Shown one piece after another: positions 10,030 through 17,800 of a DNA stretch of 64,000 nt. The position numbers and the translations under genes were made by a program. Each line of letters begins with the position of its first letter. Positions within the stretch are counted from its first letter, which is position 1. The notes under the pieces were generated by a model. It was not told the DNA's origin. It was given only the letters and a program-made list of their open reading frames with translations, and made no database searches. The stretch comes from an uncultured Alphaproteobacteria bacterium (GTDB lineage Bacteria; Pseudomonadota; Alphaproteobacteria; HIMB59; GCA-002718135): contig CABYTX010000002.1 of assembly GCA_902522015.1 (NCBI GenBank), positions 716 to 64,715 of the forward strand, read 5' to 3'.

Positions 10030-10092
10030 GTTAAGTTTCATCATTCCTCCCATTTGATGAACTATTCCAGGGGTCTACGGACCCCTTTTTTT
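10030..10092 (+). ncRNA. Candidate small RNA: hairpin with a C/U-rich anti-Shine-Dalgarno loop plus an intrinsic terminator (5' end uncertain)
   Basis: Stem 10037-10043 pairs with 10055-10061 (TTCATCA / TGATGAA) and encloses the loop TTCCTCCCATT. After a short spacer comes the terminator at 10070-10092. The element lies 125 nt past the rnhB stop in one of the very few long intergenic regions. No convincing promoter was found. Confidence 0.3.
10070..10092 (+). terminator. Rho-independent terminator
   Basis: GGGGTC-TACG-GACCCC, a 6-bp GC-rich stem with a UACG tetraloop, is followed by seven T residues (10086-10092). Confidence 0.6.
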
Positions 10093-10124
10093 ATGTTTAT
10101 AGCCGAATTTTAAGGTTATCCCTA

Positions 10125-10228
10125 CTTAAAGATTCCCCCTGTTGATAACTCAATTGACCTGATTCCATATCTGCTTAAAGATTCTTTTTATCAATTATGA
10201 AGAAAAATCAAATTATTTTGGGTGATTC
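10125..10228. promoter_or_regulatory. ccrM upstream region with clustered GANTC (CcrM target) sites and an 11-mer direct repeat
   Basis: GATTC occurs at 10131, 10161, 10180 and 10224. The exact 11-mer CTTAAAGATTC occurs at 10125-10135 and again at 10174-10184, 49 bp apart. The ccrM ATG is at 10197. Confidence 0.35.
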
Positions 10229-11267
10229 CATTAAGGAAATGAAAAAATTAAAAGATCACTCGGTTGATCTTATTTTTGCTGATCCACCATATAATCTTCA
10301 ATTAAAGGATACATTATACAGACCTGATCAAACAACGGTCGAAGCTGTTACACAAGATTGGGATAAATTTAGCACATATAAAGAATATGATCAATTTACC
10401 AATGCATGGCTTAGTGAATGTAAACGTGTTCTAAAAAAAGGAGGAGCGCTTTGGGTTATAGGGAGTTATCATAATATTTTACGTGTAGGTTCTACAATCC
10501 AAGATGAAGGCTTATGGATCTTAAATGATATTATTTGGCATAAAACAAACCCTATGCCAAACTTTCGTGGTACACGTTTTACAAATGCCCATGAAACACT
10601 TTTATGGTGCACAACATCAAGAGAAGCGAAATACACATTCAACTATCAAAACCTTAAAGAATTAAATGAAGGAAAACAAATGCGAAGTGACTGGTATATT
10701 CCTATTTGTTCAGGCAAAGAACGATTGCGTAAAGATAACAATCAACGATCACACCCAACTCAAAAACCAGAAGCTCTACTCTACCGAATTCTTTTAGCTT
10801 CGACAAACAAAGGTGATCTCGTTCTTGATCCCTTTTCTGGAAGTGGAACAACTGCTGTTGTAGCGAAAAAATTACAACGAAACTTTATTGGTATAGAAAA
10901 AGATAAAGACTACGTTAAACTTTCAAAAGAACGATTAAAGAATACCAAAGTATTGAAAGAAGAAGTTGTTACTATTGCAAAGAGCAGAAAAGAATTACCA
11001 AAAGTTCCTTTTGGTGAATTAGTCGAACAAGGAATTATTCCACCAGGTGCAGTATTAACAGATAAAAAAGAACGCTTTAAAGCAACGGTTAGTATTGACG
11101 GTACGCTTAAGATAAAAGATTTATCAGGTTCTATTCATCAAATGGGAGCAAAAATACAAGGACTCCCAAGTTGCAATGGTTGGGATTTTTGGCATGTAAA
11201 AGATAAGTCAAAATCAATCCTTCTTGACGAAATACGATCTAATTACCGTAAAGATAAACTAAATTAA
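10197..11267 (+). CDS. ccrM: Cell-cycle-type N6-adenine DNA methyltransferase (CcrM family, GANTC-specific by homology)
   Basis: 356 aa, beta-class order with IFADPPYNL (DPPY) near the N-terminus, then [10 protein letters not shown] and DPFSGSGTT (AdoMet binding). Has the extended C-terminal domain typical of CcrM. Confidence 0.9.
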   Translation: MKKNQIILGDSIKEMKKLKDHSVDLIFADPPYNLQLKDTLYRPDQTTVEAVTQDWDKFSTYKEYDQFTNAWLSECKRVLKKGGALWVIGSYHNILRVGSTIQDEGLWILNDIIWHKTNPMPNFRGTRFTNAHETLLWCTTSREAKYTFNYQNLKELNEGKQMRSDWYIPICSGKERLRKDNNQRSHPTQKPEALLYRILLASTNKGDLVLDPFSGSGTTAVVAKKLQRNFIGIEKDKDYVKLSKERLKNTKVLKEEVVTIAKSRKELPKVPFGELVEQGIIPPGAVLTDKKERFKATVSIDGTLKIKDLSGSIHQMGAKIQGLPSCNGWDFWHVKDKSKSILLDEIRSNYRKDKLN

Positions 11268-11812
11268 TAATCTTTTATTCTTCCAACGACATTAAGATTT
11301 CGATCAGCTATTAATATTTCACCGGAAGTTACTGCCTGACCAAAGATAGCAGCGATTACTACGTAGTGTGTAACGAATACTATATTACCTTCATTTTCTA
11401 AATTATTTATAAAATTAATTAATTTCTCAAGTTGAGGCTCTTTATTTTTGTAAAATTTTGGATCATAAAACGAATTAAGAGCATTAAAAGTTTCAAATTT
11501 TTGGAATGCTAGATTTGCTGTTTCTTTACAACGACACCATTCACTAGATAAAACTAAATCTATAGAGATATCGTTTGTATCAAAAAATTTACCTAATTCG
11601 ATAGATTGCTCTTTACCAACACTATTAAGATTCCGTTGAGTAGAACAATCAAAAATATCAAAATTATCAGGATCTCCATTACCAGGAGCTAGAGCATGTC
11701 GAATAAATATTAATTTATTGTTTTGTTTTAATACCTTTACATAATCTGAATTAGCATTAGTTGATAAAGAATAAATAAAAGTCAGTACAATAATAATTAA
11801 TTTCTTAATCAA
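11264..11812 (-). CDS. Secreted histidine-phosphatase-superfamily protein (phosphoglycerate-mutase-like fold)
   Basis: 182 aa with signal peptide [30 protein letters not shown] (RHG-type motif) and a later VTHYVV histidine. The TTG start overlaps the upstream gene's stop (TTGATTAA). Its own stop overlaps the ccrM stop. Confidence 0.7.
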   Translation of the reverse strand: MIKKLIIIVLTFIYSLSTNANSDYVKVLKQNNKLIFIRHALAPGNGDPDNFDIFDCSTQRNLNSVGKEQSIELGKFFDTNDISIDLVLSSEWCRCKETANLAFQKFETFNALNSFYDPKFYKNKEPQLEKLINFINNLENEGNIVFVTHYVVIAAIFGQAVTSGEILIADRNLNVVGRIKDY

Positions 11813-13124
11813 TTATAATTCTAGGTTCAAAAGGATGTAGTTTTTCTAGGCGTTCGACTGCCCAAAGATTATCTTCCGTAACTTGATTCAAAGAATACAT
11901 ACCCTCTACATCACCATTAATATCAAAGTCTAATGATCCTGAGACACCTTCATAATTAATTTCGACACCTCGAACAAGTAAAGCACGAGCAGCTTCCCAA
12001 CTTCCAGGTCCCATTTTAATTCCTGGTGGATTTGCAACACTAACTAAACTTTTTGATAGATCTTCCTTTGCAATATTATTATGTGCTTGATGCTGTAGAG
12101 CCAAAGCTGCTAGCATCATTGTATCAAAACTTATGGCTGAGTACGGGGAATTAGGATCAACGCCTGCATTCAACATAATATTAGCGTAAGTTTGAAATTC
12201 TTCTGAGCTTTGTGAAGTTGCTTGGGCAACAATAGTTGTATTTTCGTTTAATTGAATTGGAATATACGAATAAATTAAATCTTTGACTTCATTGGTTAAC
12301 ATACTATCAGAGCCATAATGATGTTTAAAAATTCCTGAGGTTTCTAATTCTTGTAATCTGCTTAAAACAGTATTGGTAAACTGTTCAAGTAAATTGACAG
12401 TTCTCTCATTTCCATGAAGAAACATAACTAAACCTGGTTGATCATTCTCTATGGCAATATCAACAAATGTATTGATGAAGTTCTGATTAATAACTGTTTT
12501 GTCTGTCAGTAAAGTATTAAATAAAACTATACCTTCTTGCTCAGTGTAAACTTTTAAAAAATTTTGAGCCAGTGTAGAATTATAATTATCATCACCGTAA
12601 AGAAGAATTATTTCTCTGATATTCTTGGATAGAAGATAATTGGCAATAGAGGTTGATTGCTGAATATCAGAAGGAATGGTTCTAAAAAATAGATCATTAT
12701 CTTCAATTGTTGAGAGTAAAGGGTAACTTGCAGAAGAGGAGATCGTTAAGATATTTTCTGGAATAGTTACTTTCTCTATTACTCTGACAGCACTTGTTGA
12801 GCACGTCGGTCCTAAAAGAATTTCAGGGTCATTTTTTTTTAAATAGTCATTTAAACTATCTTCTGTTTTTCTAGGATCACATCCTGAATCAATGCTATCA
12901 ATAGAGATGAGGCCTCTTCCTACAATACCAATACCATCCGCATTAATTGTTTCTACAGCAACTCTTTTTGCTTCTGCAATTGACTCAGCAATTTCACTCA
13001 CTGGGCCACTTTCTGCATAAAGGGCAGCAATTTTAACTTCTGCACTCACAAAAGTTGAGTAAAATAATATGATCTTGAGGATAATTATCGTAATAATTTT
13101 CATTATATGAGATGTTTTTATCAT
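11805..13124 (-). CDS. Periplasmic binding protein, type I (Leu/Ile/Val-binding / ANF-receptor-like fold), orphan with no transporter partners
   Basis: 439 aa with a signal peptide and VKIAALYAESGPVSEIAESIAEAKRVAVETINADGG-type N-terminal lobe. Length and alternating alpha/beta pattern resemble LivJ/K-like binding proteins. No permease or ATPase gene is adjacent. Confidence 0.6.
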   Translation of the reverse strand: MIKTSHIMKIITIIILKIILFYSTFVSAEVKIAALYAESGPVSEIAESIAEAKRVAVETINADGIGIVGRGLISIDSIDSGCDPRKTEDSLNDYLKKNDPEILLGPTCSTSAVRVIEKVTIPENILTISSSASYPLLSTIEDNDLFFRTIPSDIQQSTSIANYLLSKNIREIILLYGDDNYNSTLAQNFLKVYTEQEGIVLFNTLLTDKTVINQNFINTFVDIAIENDQPGLVMFLHGNERTVNLLEQFTNTVLSRLQELETSGIFKHHYGSDSMLTNEVKDLIYSYIPIQLNENTTIVAQATSQSSEEFQTYANIMLNAGVDPNSPYSAISFDTMMLAALALQHQAHNNIAKEDLSKSLVSVANPPGIKMGPGSWEAARALLVRGVEINYEGVSGSLDFDINGDVEGMYSLNQVTEDNLWAVERLEKLHPFEPRIIID

Positions 13125-13130
13125 AAATTT

Positions 13131-14813
13131 TTAGAATGAAAATGTGGTATTAAGTAAATACACAGGTCTAGAAGTAGTTCCCTCAATACTTTTATCAGCT
13201 TCTGCTACTTCAAAACTAATATCAAGACTATTAGAATTAAGAGGAATTTTAATTTTAACACCGTACCCTCCACTTGCTACTTCTGTTCGACTGAACTCAC
13301 CTGAGGCTGGTCGTTTATAGTAGGTAGCACCAACACCAAGATGAATATACGGTTCAATACGTATAGACTCTTCCCTTTTATCTTCGTCATCTTCTGAAAA
13401 AGGATACAAGGGTCTACTCAATTCTGTTCGCAAAAAGAAACCTTGATCACCAGACATATTACCTGATTCAAAACCAGACATTTGACCTGGTCCTGTTATA
13501 TTTATTTGTTCTGAATTAATTAAACCTCTATCACTTACAAGTTTTTGAAAAACAAAACGTGTGTTCAATAAATACTCTCTAAATATTTGCCTATTCAAAT
13601 TAATATCACTATTCCATTTAATAAAATTTAAAGTGGAGCCCACACGGGATAATGTTTTAGTATCTGATGTTTTATTAGTATAGATCGGAGTGCCAAACTT
13701 TAAAGCTGAACTACCTTTGAGAGATAACGTATCTAAGAAAGATAAGTTAGTCGTCGTATATTTTAACTCAAGAGCATTGTATTCATCATAAAAGGTATCA
13801 TTTGTGAGGAAAGATAATGTTCGATGTTCTCTTTCCTTAATCCATTGCCAATCTAATGAAAGATTATTTTTTATAAGCCGCGTATTTTTTATTTGATATT
13901 CAAGACCAAGGTTAATTTTTTTAAATTCCCCTTTTTTATTTAAACCTTTAGGTTCTGAATAAGATTCATTAACAGCACCAAAAATAGAAAAGTCTGAGGC
14001 AAGAAGTGGTACTTTACCACCAACAAGATATGCTTCTCGAAAATCTGTTCGTTTAATAATTTCTGTTTCATCAAATGGAACATTAACACCATTTTCAGGA
14101 TCTAAGACGTAGGCTGCATAAAGATTTTCACCATAACCAAAAGGACTATTAAAACTTAGGTAAGAAGTGAACTGATCTTTTCCTGCTGTTTCTGATAATC
14201 CATTTGAATAGGTAAAATAACCACTTACTAATTCGTGTTCAGCATTTAGTTGTAGTGAAGATGTTCCAGGTTCTTCTCCTGCCTTAATTGTTGTTTCTAA
14301 ATCAACACCTGGTAATTCTCGTGATTTAATGATCGATTTTTCAATAGCAGGATATTCTAACCCTTTAATACCAACGAGTTTATCGAAATATTTCTTTATT
14401 GGTTTTGAAATACGTTTATCTAATTGTGAGTAATCAATTGATTCAATTTTACCAGGAAAAACAATAGCTTTTATTTTAGTATTTTGTTCAATTGTTTGAG
14501 GTGGAACAATAAAACGCGTTAAAAAATATCCATTTAAAACATACAATTGCTCTAATGCAATCAGTAAATTATAAAAATCTTTTAATGTTATTGTTTTAAA
14601 AATTTTTGATTTAAATAAATTTTTACGAAGCTCAATCATGTCTTCGATTTCATTTTCAATTTCAATTCCAACAAAATTAAATGAAATATTTTCTGCTCCA
14701 GGTGGTACGACCAAGCCTGTTTCATAAACAATATAATTACCAGTATTTGTCAAACCAGGATATGACATGAATGAAATAGAAATAAAAAAGATAAAAGATA
14801 AAAAATATCGCAT
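13131..14813 (-). CDS. ShlB/FhaC/HecB-family two-partner-secretion outer-membrane transporter (TpsB)
   Basis: 560 aa with a signal peptide, a POTRA-like N-terminal region, amphipathic beta-strand-rich sequence and a C-terminal aromatic residue (..LLNTTFSF). Its ATG directly abuts the stop of the TPS-domain exoprotein gene. Confidence 0.8.
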   Translation of the reverse strand: MRYFLSFIFFISISFMSYPGLTNTGNYIVYETGLVVPPGAENISFNFVGIEIENEIEDMIELRKNLFKSKIFKTITLKDFYNLLIALEQLYVLNGYFLTRFIVPPQTIEQNTKIKAIVFPGKIESIDYSQLDKRISKPIKKYFDKLVGIKGLEYPAIEKSIIKSRELPGVDLETTIKAGEEPGTSSLQLNAEHELVSGYFTYSNGLSETAGKDQFTSYLSFNSPFGYGENLYAAYVLDPENGVNVPFDETEIIKRTDFREAYLVGGKVPLLASDFSIFGAVNESYSEPKGLNKKGEFKKINLGLEYQIKNTRLIKNNLSLDWQWIKEREHRTLSFLTNDTFYDEYNALELKYTTTNLSFLDTLSLKGSSALKFGTPIYTNKTSDTKTLSRVGSTLNFIKWNSDINLNRQIFREYLLNTRFVFQKLVSDRGLINSEQINITGPGQMSGFESGNMSGDQGFFLRTELSRPLYPFSEDDEDKREESIRIEPYIHLGVGATYYKRPASGEFSRTEVASGGYGVKIKIPLNSNSLDISFEVAEADKSIEGTTSRPVYLLNTTFSF

Positions 14814-17800
14814 TTATAGTCTTTGAATACTAAGCGCGTCTACCTGAGGAAAAGATGTAATAAATTCATTTTGTATTAGTGCTGCATTAGATGCACCATC
14901 AACAGATATAAAAGACACAATTCGAGATACGTCATCGAAAACATCTTTATTTATTTTTTCTTGAACAACAATTTTTTCTTTTTCTTCATCTGGTGCTACT
15001 CCTGGAAGTGGCGGAGTTTTAGAACCACTAAGAATGTTAGCAAGTGGAACCGTTTCTAAAGGTCCATTTGAATCTTCAATTGTAATACTACCTGAAGTAA
15101 ACCCTGAGAGTTGATAATTGATTGGAACCTCTTTATTATTTTCAACATCTGCTGTTAAAAAACTACCAGAGGAACTTATAGAAAGATCAGTACCTGTTAA
15201 ATTTAAACCTGATATTGTTCCTCCACTAACTGTAGCTGATGTAGTTCCATCATATGTCTTATCGTCAGCGCTAGCCCCTGATATTGAAAAATTATCTGAA
15301 ATTAGAGTACCTGTGGTAGCAGTGACAGTAGATAGATTTATATTTCCCATACTAGCATTGGTTAATGTACCGCCATCTAAAAGTTTTATAGTTAAATCAT
15401 CTGCTGTTAAGCTTGCAGAACTAGCAACAACATCTCCTACTCCAGCATCTCTATCACTATCAGAAACATTGTTAGTATTTGTGTCACTTGCAATAATTTC
15501 TAGATCTGCTGCTGTATTGATATTGCTGTTAATATTAACATCCCTTCCGGCATGAAGATTTAAATTTCCAGTTCCTGTAACAGTAATAGCAGAACTAATG
15601 GTAATATCTGTATTTGCTTGAAGGGTAACTTCAACGCCGTTATTTAAAAATTCCTCTAATTCTGTTATGTTGATAACCACATCATCACTTGCAAAATCTG
15701 TGTAAGATGTTGCCCCTTGCATGATTGTATCAGACCATAAATATACTGCTCCCGCATCTGTTCCATCACCGTCATCATTACCAAGTCCATCATCTCGAGT
15801 TGCACCTACAGCCATTAATGTTCCTGTATCATCCATAGCTATACTGTTTGGAAATTCATCAGCATCTTCTAGTCCGTGAGTCGTAGCATTAAGCGTATTA
15901 CTACCAGTTTGACCAAGTCCTATAGTAAATTGTAAACTTGCTCCATTTAAAGATGTATCCTGAAAACCAAATACATGTACATCATCCGTATCATGGTGAC
16001 CAATTGCTAGGCGGTTTCCATCACCATCAATAGCTACCTGACCTGCCTTAAAACCAGAAATACCTGATGTATCGTAATCTTTTCCACCATTACCCTCATA
16101 TTTATTTCCTATGGATGCAACATAGTCAGGAGTGCTAAAATTATCACCAAAGGTGAAAAGGTGCACTGCACCTGTATCAGTATAATTGCCATCAAAACCA
16201 TCATCTTTATGCGTTCCAACAGCTAAAATTTTACCATCCTTTGTTAATGCAATATGACTAGCAAAATTGTCATTATTATCTAAAATTGAACTTATATTTT
16301 CATTATTATTTCCTGTATAACCAGATCCTATTGTGCCGACATGATTAGGATTATCAAAATCGGTATTACTAAATCTAATTAAATGAACTGCACCTGCATT
16401 TGTTGCGGTATCATCATATCCATCATCTCTTTGAGCGCCAACAACAAGACCTGATCCATCATCAGTTAAAGCCACTGAGGTAAATAAATCACCGTCATCT
16501 AAAGTACTTATTGATAGATTGTGTTCGTTATCTGAGGGATAACTTCTTCCAATTGTACCGACATGTTCAGGAGTACTAAAATTATCACCAAATGTTACTA
16601 AATAGACAGATCCTGTTTCTACTGCTCCTGTAGTAGTTTTATATCCTGAAAAAGCTAATCTGTCACCGTCTCCATCTAAAGCTACTCGCCATGCTCTTTC
16701 ATTATTTGCTAGAGAATTTATATCTAAATTGTTGGACCCTGTATAACCTTTTCCAATTTTTCCTTTAAATTCTGGGGTAGAAAAATTTGTATCAGCAAAT
16801 GTAAATAAATATACTGCTCCAGTATTTGTTTGGAGGTCGTCACTTCCATCATCATAAGTTGATGTTACAGCCATTCTATCTCCATCACGATCGAGAGATA
16901 TACCTCTACCAAATTGGTCATTACTATCTAGTTGATCATCAATATCTAAATTACTAGCACCATATCCACTACCAACGATTCCATAAATTTCACCACTGCT
17001 GAAAGCATCATCATCAAATTTAATAAGCATCACTTCACCACTTTTAGATTGTGTATTACTATTTCCGCTTGCAAGCATACCTGAAATTACAAGACGACTG
17101 CCCGTTTCATTCAAATCTACACCATCTCCAAAAAGATCTTTAGCATCCATATACGCACTTAAATCAACATTTTTACCACCACTATACCCATCACCTATTG
17201 TTGCTACATAAGATGCTGATGCTAAATTATCAGTTAAATTATATAAATGTACACCACCAGGCTTGGTAGTACCACCCTCAGATAACTTGTCGTTAAAGCT
17301 AACAGCTAAACGATTAGCATCTTTATCAAACGCCACTGATTTACCTAAAACATCTTGTGATCCAAGTGTTTCTGTGTGTTCACTATCATCACTCGTATCT
17401 AGATAATCGTAACCATACCCAATTGTTCCAACATAAGTAGCTGTTCCCGTTTCAGCAGAAACAACACTACCGTCTTTCATAAATTTAAATAAATTAACTG
17501 CTCCCGCATTTGTTGCATTATTACCTTTACCATCATCAAATATCCTTGATGCTGCAAGTAAAGATCCTTCATGATTTAACGTTACACTCCAACCAAGACG
17601 ATCTCTTCTGTTTAACTTTAAATCGGTTTCACTTTCTGTATCAAAATCCTGTGAAAATGATGCACAAGTGCTATTTGCATAACAATCAGAACCTGTATTA
17701 TATGTATAGCCATGACCAATTCGAGATTTAACTTCACCACCTTTAAAATCTGAATTTAAGGAAATCATAAAAACTGAACCAGAGTCATCTCTTTCTGACC

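Noticed and set aside
10093-10196. Full CtrA box (TTAA-N7-TTAA) upstream of ccrM
   Set aside because: TTAA half-sites are present at about 10109, 10126 and 10175, but none has the N7 spacing. I therefore make no CtrA-box call.
15118-15555. 145-aa plus-strand ORF, plus other small ORFs at 17510-17731, 18464-18667, 18875-19069 and 19423-19605
   Set aside because: All lie inside the tpsA coding region, either antisense or in an alternative frame. They have no recognisable motifs and are typical shadow ORFs of a long Gly/Ser/Thr-rich gene.
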